DNA from: Bradymonadia bacterium | GTDB taxonomy: Bacteria > Myxococcota_A > Bradymonadia > UBA7976 > UBA1532 | Length of the DNA: 64,000 bases | Direction of reading: 5' to 3' | Assembly (NCBI GenBank): GCA_046290225.1 | Contig: JBKAGE010000005.1 | Span: 1 to 64,000 of the forward strand | Shown here: piece by piece, positions 1-7,978 of the stretch | Position numbering within the stretch: position 1 is the stretch's first letter | Layout: each line of letters starts with the position of its first letter | The notes under the pieces: generated by a model | Told to the model about the DNA's origin: nothing | The model's input: the letters and a program-made list of their open reading frames with translations, nothing else | Database searches by the model: none | Position numbers and translations under genes: made by a program

Positions 1-97
1 GGCGACTGATGCAGGAGCGCCGGATGCGGGAGATCCGCACGTCCGGTGCGATGGGGGGCGGGCAACGCGGTACTACGCCGCGACCCGCCTACCCTAC
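1..97 (+). mobile_element. 3' end of a group II intron (domains V and VI), truncated by the window start
   Basis: Domain V hairpin at 17-49: GCGCCGGAT pairs with GTCCGGTGC, AC bulge at 39-40, GCGG/CCGC upper stem with a GAGA(T) loop, CGC catalytic triad at 18-20. Domain VI follows (GGGCGG...CCGCCT-A-CCC), with a bulged A at 91 and the end CCCTAC at 97. Confidence 0.88.
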
Positions 98-275
98 CGC
101 TGTACGTGCATGACATTTTTCTGACTTGTATGGATGCTGTGTTGGGGGCTTTTTGGGGGAGTGGGGTCGCCTCGTAACTTGGCCAGAATGGTCGTATTGA
201 AAAATCTTTGATTTAAGGTCTGTGCATGCTTGCCGATGGTGAAGACACCATTCACCACGCCACACGGTGGGCACC

Positions 276-467
276 ATGACGCTTACACAAGTCAGACAAG
301 AACTCTCCACCCAACTCGACAATCCCGTCTTTATGTCTTCGGTCGTGATTCGGGTGTTGCTCGGTACAGGGGTCAACCTCAAAGAAATCAAGCCTGAGCA
401 GGATCGAGACGCCGCAGCTGTGAGCAAGGTGCGCTCGTTCATCGGCACCCTCGGTTACTCGGTCTAA
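276..467 (+). CDS. small hypothetical protein (63 aa) upstream of the FIST gene
   Basis: ATG at 276. Its TAA stop overlaps the AGGAG RBS of the FIST gene (TAAGGAGAGCAAACATG). Sequence looks protein-like and amphipathic. Confidence 0.65.
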   Translation: MTLTQVRQELSTQLDNPVFMSSVVIRVLLGTGVNLKEIKPEQDRDAAAVSKVRSFIGTLGYSV

Positions 468-478
468 GGAGAGCAAAC

Positions 479-1606
479 ATGTCAGAGCAACAGTTCAAGA
501 GCAGCGCCACCACTGAGACCGAGACCGATAAGGTGGTCTCCACCATCGCCGCTGATTTCGAGGGCATCGAGCCCGCGGCGATCGTCTTTTTTTGCAGCCA
601 CACCCATGACGGGGCGGCGATCTCTGGTGGTCTGAAGGCTACATACCCCGAGGCCGAGATCATCGGTTGCACCACAGCAGGAGAGTTCACCGAGAAGCTC
701 TCTGTGACGGGGGCCGTGACCGCCATGGCCATCCCCAATAGCCGGACCGAGCAGGTGGTGGCGGCGTTGGTGAAGCATGAGGGCAAGGCTGCTGATGGGG
801 TAAAGGCTGCCGCTCAGGGCTTTGCGTCGAAGATCGGCGAGGTTGACTTGCGATCTCTCGATCCGGGCCGTTGGGTCGGGGTGGTACTCATCGACGGGCT
901 GCACGGCAGCGAAGAGCAGGTGAACGCAGCCCTTGGCGAGGCATCGCCTTTGCTTAACTTCGTCGGCGGCTCTGCAGGTGACAACCTCGCCTTCCAGAGC
1001 ACCCAGGTCTTCTACAATGGTGAGTCCACTGATGACGGCACCGCACTGTTGCTCATGGAGATGAGCCGCCCCTTCGAGGTGGTGAAGACCTGCAGTTTCA
1101 CGCCCATGGGCAAGACCTTCACCATCACCAAGGCCGACGAGGCCACGCGTACGGTGTACGAGTTCGATGGTCGCCCGGCGGTGGAGGCATACGCTGAAGC
1201 CCTCGGTGTGACCCCCGAGCAGATCGATGGCTCGATCTTCATGCGCCACCCTGTGGGCATCATGCTTGAGGACAAGCCCTGGATCCGGAGCCCTCAGCAG
1301 CAGGCGGACAATGGCGGCATCAAGTTCTACTGCTCCATCATCGAGGGGATGGAGGTGTCGCTGATGCAGTCCACAGATCTCGTGGCCGAGACGCGCCGTG
1401 CCCTCACTGAGGTGGCCCGTCAGCTCTCGGAGGTGAATGGGATCCTCGGCTTTAACTGTATCTTGCGTCGTCTCGAGATGGACTCCGACGATACGCATGG
1501 GGCCTTCACGGAATGCTTCGACGCACCGACTGCGGGTTTTCACACCTATGGTGAGAGCTGGCTCGGCCACATCAATCAAACCCTCACAGCCATCGTCTTC
1601 AGCTGA
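479..1606 (+). CDS. FIST N/C domain signal transduction protein
   Basis: FIST motifs IIGCTTAGEF, FVGGSAGD, FNCILR and GFHTYGE...HINQT; RBS present. Confidence 0.92.
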   Translation: MSEQQFKSSATTETETDKVVSTIAADFEGIEPAAIVFFCSHTHDGAAISGGLKATYPEAEIIGCTTAGEFTEKLSVTGAVTAMAIPNSRTEQVVAALVKHEGKAADGVKAAAQGFASKIGEVDLRSLDPGRWVGVVLIDGLHGSEEQVNAALGEASPLLNFVGGSAGDNLAFQSTQVFYNGESTDDGTALLLMEMSRPFEVVKTCSFTPMGKTFTITKADEATRTVYEFDGRPAVEAYAEALGVTPEQIDGSIFMRHPVGIMLEDKPWIRSPQQQADNGGIKFYCSIIEGMEVSLMQSTDLVAETRRALTEVARQLSEVNGILGFNCILRRLEMDSDDTHGAFTECFDAPTAGFHTYGESWLGHINQTLTAIVFS

Positions 1607-1695
1607 GTACGAGAGGCTGGCTACCATCAGATGGGTTGAATATCTGTGATGCTCGCCCGTGTTGAGCCAGGATGGCTTCAACACGGGAGTGGCCT

Positions 1696-3885
1696 ATGTC
1701 TGTACGTCGTCTGTGGACTCTGTGTGCCTTGTTGGGTGTCTTGGGCTGTGATGAGCGGCCCGACAAGATCCCCGTAGAGCCTGCAAAGCAGCCGAAAGCG
1801 CAGAAAAAAGCCGATGAGCCCGTGGTGCCGCCCGCCCCTGCGGTGCCCGACCGGATCGTGTCGTTGCGCAAGGCCATGGACGCCTCGCTCAACGATCACG
1901 CAGGGCGGTTGATCGACCGGCCCGTCCTCGAAAAAGCCCCCCACTACCAGATGACCTTCGAGGTGGACTTCGATCTGTTCACCTACACCGGTACGCAGAA
2001 AGCCTTCATCACCAACAACGAGCGCGAGCCCTTGAGCGAGCTGCGCTACATGCTCTACCCCAACGTGCCCGAGCTGGTGAACGGTGGGGTGAGCAACCTC
2101 ATTGTCGACGAGGCCAAGGTTGCTGGGGTGAAGGTCTGGCACACGCTCTCTGGCCCGGTGATGAGCGTGCCTCTGAAGACCCCGCTGGCGCCTGGCGAGA
2201 CCGTCGAGGTGGATCTGAGCTTTCGGGGGGTGATCCATCGTATGCCCGAGCAGGCCGCCGACATGCAGAGCATGGCGGTGCAGCAGATGATCGAGATGAT
2301 GACCGGGGGCATGCACACACATCAGCAGGGCCACGGCTATGGGGTGTTTTCCGTGAGCGGAGGCATCATCAGCCTCGCCATGGCCTATCCCCAGCTCGCC
2401 GCCTACGACGAGCACGGTTGGGATGTCGATCCCGGGTCGGAGATCGGAGATCGAAGCTACTTCGACATCAGTCATTTTGAGGTGGACGTCATCGTGCCCG
2501 ACGGGGTGCAGGTCATCGCCTCGGGTGTGCACACAGGTGAACAGAAAGGCACGGGCCGTGGTGGGGTGAAGACCACCCACACCTTCGCCGCTGCTGGGGT
2601 GCGGGAGTTCGCCATGCAGATGTCGCCGGGGTACGTCTCCGCTTCACGCATGGTAGATGGCGTGAAGGTGAACGCGTGGTTCCTCGAGTCTCACCGCCCC
2701 GCGGGGCAGGCCACCCTCGATGTGGCTTGCGAGGCGCTGAAGATCTTCAACCGTGACTTCGGGCCGTATCCCTACACAGAGCTCGATGTGGTCGAGGCCC
2801 CTCTCACGGGTGGCGCCGGTGGGGTGGAGTTCCCCGGCATGGTCACCATCGCCCAGATGTTCTATGGCAACAGCGGCATCGCCGTGGATCCGCAAATCGG
2901 CGCCACGGGACAGCAGTACATCGAAGAGACCCGGGCCTTCGTGGTGGCCCACGAGGTGGCACATCAGTGGTGGAACGCCGTGGTGGGCAGCGACAGCAAG
3001 CGGCACCCCTTCGTAGATGAGGCATTGGCGAACCACAGCGCCGTCCACTACTTCCTCACCGCCCATGGCCCTGAGGCTGCTGATCGCCAGCGCAGTCTGC
3101 AGCTCGCGCTGAACTATCACGTGGCGTTGATGACCGGCGCTCAGGATCGCCCGGTGGATCTGCCGGTCCGTGACTTCAACGGCATGCTCGAGTACGCCGC
3201 CATGGTCTACGCCAAGGGGGCGATGTACTACGACGAGGTGCGTGAGATCATGGGTGACCGGGCGTTCTTGCGGGCGATCCAGGGGTACTATCGCCGCTTC
3301 GCCTTCAAGGTGGCCCGGCCAGAAGATCTCACCCAGTCCTTCGTGGCCCATACGCAAAAGCCCGAGACGGTGAAGCGCCTGACCCGACGCTGGCTGCACG
3401 AGAGCCACGGCGCAGAAGACATCGGTGGCATGTCGGTGGTGGACATCCTGGGCCACCTCGGCGGCGACGCGATCCTGGGCCAGCTCGATCCGCGGGTGCG
3501 CACACTCATCGAGCACAAAGGCTCGGGGGAGCTGGGCAAGCTGCTCAATCAGCTGGTCGACCCAGAGGCCCGTGGTGAGGCGATCAACCACGAACAAATC
3601 GCCGATTTGCTGGGTCAGCTGGTGGCCGCCGACGATCAGGAGATGGCCCGGATGTTGTCAGCCTCGGGTCGCCTGTTGGCGCGTCTGGGCAGTGGTGAGC
3701 GCTTGCGCGCCGGCGAGTTGATGCGAGAGCTGGGGCCAGATCTCGCCGGCGGAGATCGCCAGACGCAGATGATGCTCGAGGCCATGGGCATGATGCTCGA
3801 CGCCCTCGACGAGCCCGCAGCGCAGGCGCCTCCGCCGCGCCCTCGACGCCAGAGGAGGCAACCACAGCCGAGTCATCCGTGGTGA
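1696..3885 (+). CDS. M1 family zinc metallopeptidase, lipoprotein
   Basis: HEVAHQWW...DEALA zinc motif, GGVEFPG (GXMEN-like) and VYAKG; lipobox VLGC; ATG at 1696 has a GGGAG RBS. Confidence 0.9.
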   Translation: MSVRRLWTLCALLGVLGCDERPDKIPVEPAKQPKAQKKADEPVVPPAPAVPDRIVSLRKAMDASLNDHAGRLIDRPVLEKAPHYQMTFEVDFDLFTYTGTQKAFITNNEREPLSELRYMLYPNVPELVNGGVSNLIVDEAKVAGVKVWHTLSGPVMSVPLKTPLAPGETVEVDLSFRGVIHRMPEQAADMQSMAVQQMIEMMTGGMHTHQQGHGYGVFSVSGGIISLAMAYPQLAAYDEHGWDVDPGSEIGDRSYFDISHFEVDVIVPDGVQVIASGVHTGEQKGTGRGGVKTTHTFAAAGVREFAMQMSPGYVSASRMVDGVKVNAWFLESHRPAGQATLDVACEALKIFNRDFGPYPYTELDVVEAPLTGGAGGVEFPGMVTIAQMFYGNSGIAVDPQIGATGQQYIEETRAFVVAHEVAHQWWNAVVGSDSKRHPFVDEALANHSAVHYFLTAHGPEAADRQRSLQLALNYHVALMTGAQDRPVDLPVRDFNGMLEYAAMVYAKGAMYYDEVREIMGDRAFLRAIQGYYRRFAFKVARPEDLTQSFVAHTQKPETVKRLTRRWLHESHGAEDIGGMSVVDILGHLGGDAILGQLDPRVRTLIEHKGSGELGKLLNQLVDPEARGEAINHEQIADLLGQLVAADDQEMARMLSASGRLLARLGSGERLRAGELMRELGPDLAGGDRQTQMMLEAMGMMLDALDEPAAQAPPPRPRRQRRQPQPSHPW

Positions 3886-3888
3886 TGC

Positions 3889-4458
3889 TTATACCTTCGG
3901 CGGGTACTTCGACAGCTTCCTTTGCAGAGAGCGCCGATGCAGCCCCAAGCGGCGGGCCGCTTCGCTGATGTTGCCACCGCAGTCCGCCAGTACCCGGTTG
4001 ATGTGCTCCCACTCCGCTCGGGCCAGCGTTGGCGCTTGATAGTCCACCTGCGTGGCGCTTTGAGGGTCCGATTGCCCGCGATCGAAGGCTGCCAGCACCT
4101 CGTCGGCATCGGCGGGCTTCGAGATGTACCAGACCGCACCCAGCCGCACCGCGTCGAGGGCCGAGGCGATGCTGCCGTAACCGGTGAGCATCACCACTCG
4201 TGTGGCGGGCTCTACAGAGAGCATGTCTTGCAGCAACTCCATGCCTGATCGACCGGGCATTTTGAGATCGAGCACCGCCAGCTCTGGTGCCTCTGTGTGC
4301 ACCTGGGCCATGGCCTCTTCGTAATCAGCCGCCGTCGTCACCTCAAGGCCGCGTTTGCTCAGGGCACGGGCCAGACGAGCTCGGAACACTGGATCATCGT
4401 CGACCACCAGCATCGACATGCCAGTGAAGTCCATTGGGTGAATGCCCTGCTCAGACAT
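3889..4458 (-). CDS. regA: RegA/PrrA/ActR-family response regulator (REC plus Fis-type HTH)
   Basis: LTGYGSIASA, YISKPADAD, EWEHINRVL...NISEAARRLGLHRRSLQRKL. Confidence 0.92.
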   Translation of the reverse strand: MSEQGIHPMDFTGMSMLVVDDDPVFRARLARALSKRGLEVTTAADYEEAMAQVHTEAPELAVLDLKMPGRSGMELLQDMLSVEPATRVVMLTGYGSIASALDAVRLGAVWYISKPADADEVLAAFDRGQSDPQSATQVDYQAPTLARAEWEHINRVLADCGGNISEAARRLGLHRRSLQRKLSKYPPKV

Positions 4459-5708
4459 CAGTGCTCCTCCAGCGACACACTCAACGGCAGGTGCACCTCT
4501 GCTGTAGTGCCTTCACCAGGGGCCGACTCGATCGTCAGCACGCCACCGAGCTGATCGATGAGGGTGCGGGTGACGAAGAGGCCCAGGCCCATACCCTCTC
4601 CTGGTGATTTGGTCGTGAAGAACGGGTGCTCTGCTCGGGCGAGGGTGTCGGCATCCATGCCCGTGCCCTGATCTCGAACGGTAAAACAGGCGTGATGATC
4701 GTGGAACCACGCCTTGACGATCACTGTATCCGTCGAGGCGTCGAGGGCGTTCTTCACCAAGCCCCGCAGCGCCCTGGACAGCGCCCGGGGCAGGGTGCGT
4801 AGCCGGCCAGTGTCTGCCGTGGTGTGTACACGGGCCTTCAATGGCTCGGGCAGCCCGTCGAGGGTCTCGTGTACGAGATCATCGAGGCTGATCTCTTGAG
4901 GGCTTTCTCCCGCTGGGCTGCCGGCGTCGCTCGCCATTTGATCGAGCACCGCCCGACATCGAGCCACCTCAGCGCGGATCAGCGCGGCGTCTTCGAGGGC
5001 ATCATCGAGGGCGCTCTCACCCGTCTCGAGATCGCGCTCCAGCTCCCGAGCCACCAGGGCGATGGTGGACAACGGCGTCGAGAGCTCGTGGGCTGCCCCT
5101 GCAGAGAGGGTGGCCAGGGCGCCGAGGCGGGCGCTCTTGGCGCGGGCTTCGGCGAGGGCTTCGGCCTGAGAGGCCAGGGCCCGGGTGATGCGATACAGGA
5201 ACCACGCGATGAAGCCCGCCGTGAGGCCAAAGGCCAGCCACATGCCCCGCATGTGCATCGACATGTCGTGGTGGCCGTGGGGATCGTGATGACCCAGAGG
5301 CCAGTGATCCACAAAGAGCAGCCCGTAGAGCCCGAAGGCCATCACCGTGAGGGCGGCGCTCAGCCTGGGCGGCAACACCACGGCGATGAGGGCGATGTGC
5401 ACCAGGTAGAGAAAGCTGAAGGGGTTGAAGGGACCACCGGTGAAGTAGAGCAGAGCGGTGAGGCAGACCAGGTCGAGGGCCACCAGAGTGACGATGAAGC
5501 CTCTGCTCTTTGCTGGGTGTCGTCGGCGCCAGAGATGCCCTGCGGCGTTCGAGGCCCCCTCGATGAGCACCACGGCGATCAAGGGCACCCAGGGCAGGGC
5601 GAGGGCCACCTGTACATAGGCACCCACCATCAACATCACCTGAAGCGCCATGAGGCTCCAGCGCAGCTTCAGCAGCCACGACAGGTTGAGCGTGTCGGCG
5701 TTGCTCAT
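4458..5708 (-). CDS. regB: RegB/PrrB-family membrane sensor histidine kinase
   Basis: Multiple TM helices, GGPFNPF (GGxxNPF), H-box AHELSTPL, conserved Cys in ARCRAVL, HATPase N/G boxes. ATG at 5708 overlaps the upstream stop. Confidence 0.88.
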   Translation of the reverse strand: MSNADTLNLSWLLKLRWSLMALQVMLMVGAYVQVALALPWVPLIAVVLIEGASNAAGHLWRRRHPAKSRGFIVTLVALDLVCLTALLYFTGGPFNPFSFLYLVHIALIAVVLPPRLSAALTVMAFGLYGLLFVDHWPLGHHDPHGHHDMSMHMRGMWLAFGLTAGFIAWFLYRITRALASQAEALAEARAKSARLGALATLSAGAAHELSTPLSTIALVARELERDLETGESALDDALEDAALIRAEVARCRAVLDQMASDAGSPAGESPQEISLDDLVHETLDGLPEPLKARVHTTADTGRLRTLPRALSRALRGLVKNALDASTDTVIVKAWFHDHHACFTVRDQGTGMDADTLARAEHPFFTTKSPGEGMGLGLFVTRTLIDQLGGVLTIESAPGEGTTAEVHLPLSVSLEEH

Positions 5709-6439
5709 GGCGTACGGACCTCGAGCTGTATGTGGTTCGAGAGCCCGGTGAAGAGCTGTCGTGATCGCGCAGCTGCGTCGTCGTCGAGCAGATCGACCTC
5801 GGCAAGCCAAGCTTCTAGATCGAGGCCCACTGCGATGTGCACGTGATCTGTGGCGTCGCTCAGCTCGAGCGGCCCGAGGGGCAGGCTGATCGTCGACTGG
5901 GCTGCGCCAAGCACACGCACCGAGATCGACTCATCGGCTGATGTGCGCAGTGTGCCGTCCAGATCGAAGGTGCGGCCTTCCATGTGGGTGTGGTCGTCGA
6001 GGCCCACTGCGTCGGCATCAGCAGGCGCCAGCGTCACCTCCAGAGTGCACCAGCGCCCCGGGGGCGGGCTCAACATCGCCAGAGCTGCGCCGGTTTCGGG
6101 CAGATGCGCAACGTCGCTCACCACCGGCACCCCACTGCGGGTCGGATCGCTCGCCGAGTGGGCGTGGGCAGTGCCGATCAGCCAGCGCAAGGCGCCGCCA
6201 GAGGTCTCTTCTGGTGTGCAGCGGACGAGGGCCGTGGACCAGATCGTGAGGCCGAGGTTGCTGATCTCCAGGGATCCTTGTGGGTGAGTGATCCGGGCGC
6301 TCTGGTGTTGCAACGAGACATCGACGGTGATGCCGTCGCGTTGAGTGAGGCAGCTCGCCAGCAGACCTGTCAGGGTGAGCACCAGGGCGACGTGCAGCGA
6401 TGCCGACGCTACAGATCGACAGTGAGTCCGGAGATCCAC
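5705..6439 (-). CDS. hypothetical lipoprotein with His/Cys motifs
   Basis: Lipobox LASC; AHAH and RWC motifs; overlaps both neighbours within the operon. Start uncertain. Confidence 0.7.
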   Translation of the reverse strand: MDLRTHCRSVASASLHVALVLTLTGLLASCLTQRDGITVDVSLQHQSARITHPQGSLEISNLGLTIWSTALVRCTPEETSGGALRWLIGTAHAHSASDPTRSGVPVVSDVAHLPETGAALAMLSPPPGRWCTLEVTLAPADADAVGLDDHTHMEGRTFDLDGTLRTSADESISVRVLGAAQSTISLPLGPLELSDATDHVHIAVGLDLEAWLAEVDLLDDDAAARSRQLFTGLSNHIQLEVRTP

Positions 6440-7296
6440 ATCCAGCCTTCCCGGCGCTGCGCCGCTTGACCATCGAGCACCGGTGCCCGGGCCACAACAT
6501 ACACCAGCCAGTCGGTGCGGACCTGAGCCGTCACACCACCTGCCACCATGAGCAGGCTGCCCCCTGTGGTGTTGTCGGTGATGCCGTTCACGGTGTCGGT
6601 GGCAGAGAGCCTGCCGTCCAGGCCTGCGCTCACTGCCAGCATGGTGCCGAGTTGATGTTGAAGCGTGACCGAAGCAAGCGCTGTGGCCCCTGGTCTCCGA
6701 TCGCCGTAGCCCGTGGTGGGCAGCTCTACCCCCGCGCTGCTCCAGAGCGACCAGGGGTGAGCGCTCCAGGCATACCAGAGACCCGTGAGGGGCACCCAGG
6801 CGCCGACGCCGGGCTGGGCGTCTTCGATGAGGGGACCGTCGGGGTCGGCGACTTCGGGCCCCGTGGGCAGGCGTACCCCACCGCTCACGCCGAAGAGATG
6901 TCGAGGGGCAAAGGCTCGATCTTGAAACAGTTGCCAGCGCCCCCGGAGCTCGAGATCGCCGAGGTGGGTGAGATCACTGCGGGCGAGGTTGGCCGAGGTG
7001 TAGACACGGCGGACCAGCGGCACGCGGAGGGCGATCTGTATCTCTCGCGCCGGGGCATAGACGGCACCGAGGGTGAGCCGTTGATCCTGTGTGTGCTCTC
7101 GCTCAAGGGCGCCCACCTCGGCCACGGACTCCGATCGCCACTGGGCTTCGAGCCCCACCCGCAGGCGACCATCGAATCCGCGACCTGTGCCCATGAGCGT
7201 CAGGGTCTGATCACCACAGGCGCAGGTTGCGCAGGGCCGAGCCGGAGAGGGCCAGCCACACAACAGAGGCCCGATGAGGAGAGGCAACCACCGCAC
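6409..7296 (-). CDS. putative outer-membrane beta-barrel transporter with an N-terminal CxxCxC motif
   Basis: Signal peptide then CATCACG; GDLELRGRW and GVRLPTG motifs; alternating hydrophobic beta-strand pattern. Confidence 0.75.
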   Translation of the reverse strand: MRWLPLLIGPLLCGWPSPARPCATCACGDQTLTLMGTGRGFDGRLRVGLEAQWRSESVAEVGALEREHTQDQRLTLGAVYAPAREIQIALRVPLVRRVYTSANLARSDLTHLGDLELRGRWQLFQDRAFAPRHLFGVSGGVRLPTGPEVADPDGPLIEDAQPGVGAWVPLTGLWYAWSAHPWSLWSSAGVELPTTGYGDRRPGATALASVTLQHQLGTMLAVSAGLDGRLSATDTVNGITDNTTGGSLLMVAGGVTAQVRTDWLVYVVARAPVLDGQAAQRREGWMWISGLTVDL

Positions 7297-7299
7297 GGA

Positions 7300-7809
7300 T
7301 CACTCCACACAGAAAGTCAGCCGCAGCACATCGGGCTGGCTGCCTTCGAGATGCAGGTCGAGCTGCCAGAGGCCCTCGGCGTACATGTCTGCCGTGAAGC
7401 GGTAGACCGCAGGCTCCATCTGGAGCAACGGCACCTCAGGTGCTTCACCCTCTGGAGACACCAGCTCGACTTCGAGGGCGAGATCAGGTCGCGGGGCACC
7501 GGAGATCGGGTTGAGCACCCACAGATGAAACCGGTGCTCACCGTGGCCGATCACCCCCTCGTCGTTGGCTGCAGGCGCGTCAGCATCACGGAGCTCGATG
7601 GCGTAGAGGCCTGCCTCGGTGAGCCGTTGCATGCCCGGGCGGTAGTGGTCGTGCTCACCGATGCAGGGCTGACTGTGGCCATGGGCGTCAGCCGTGGCGG
7701 GCTCGAAATCATGTTCTGTGCCACAGCCAGTGAAGGCGAAGGCCAGCGAAGCCGCACAGCACATTGCGGTGGGGCCGAAGAGCAAAGGAGTAGAGGGCTG
7801 CGTACGCAT
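7300..7809 (-). CDS. His-containing lipoprotein with an Ig-like (YtkA/FixH-like) C-terminal domain
   Basis: Lipobox FTGC; AHGHSQPC; C-terminal YRF...MYAEGLWQLDL...TFCVE pattern. Confidence 0.65.
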   Translation of the reverse strand: MRTQPSTPLLFGPTAMCCAASLAFAFTGCGTEHDFEPATADAHGHSQPCIGEHDHYRPGMQRLTEAGLYAIELRDADAPAANDEGVIGHGEHRFHLWVLNPISGAPRPDLALEVELVSPEGEAPEVPLLQMEPAVYRFTADMYAEGLWQLDLHLEGSQPDVLRLTFCVE

Positions 7810-7843
7810 GGGCGCACTGTAGCCAGCAGCTGAGCCGTGACCA

Positions 7844-7860
7844 TGCGACACGTTGTCGCA
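7844..7860. promoter_or_regulatory. perfect palindrome resembling a RegA/RegR box (GCGnC-N5-GnCGC)
   Basis: TGCGACA-CGT-TGTCGCA, 35-51 nt upstream of the ATG at 7809; a minus-strand TACAGT -10-like hexamer sits at 7816-7821. Confidence 0.65.
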
Positions 7861-7978
7861 CAGCCCACCAGAGGGCTTCTCTGTGGTTTCGTAGGTCGAT
7901 CCTCTTCGGTCGATCGTACGGGCCGTGCATGATGCCCCATCGGCATCGCACGTGTTCAATGACGACGAGGTAGAGATC

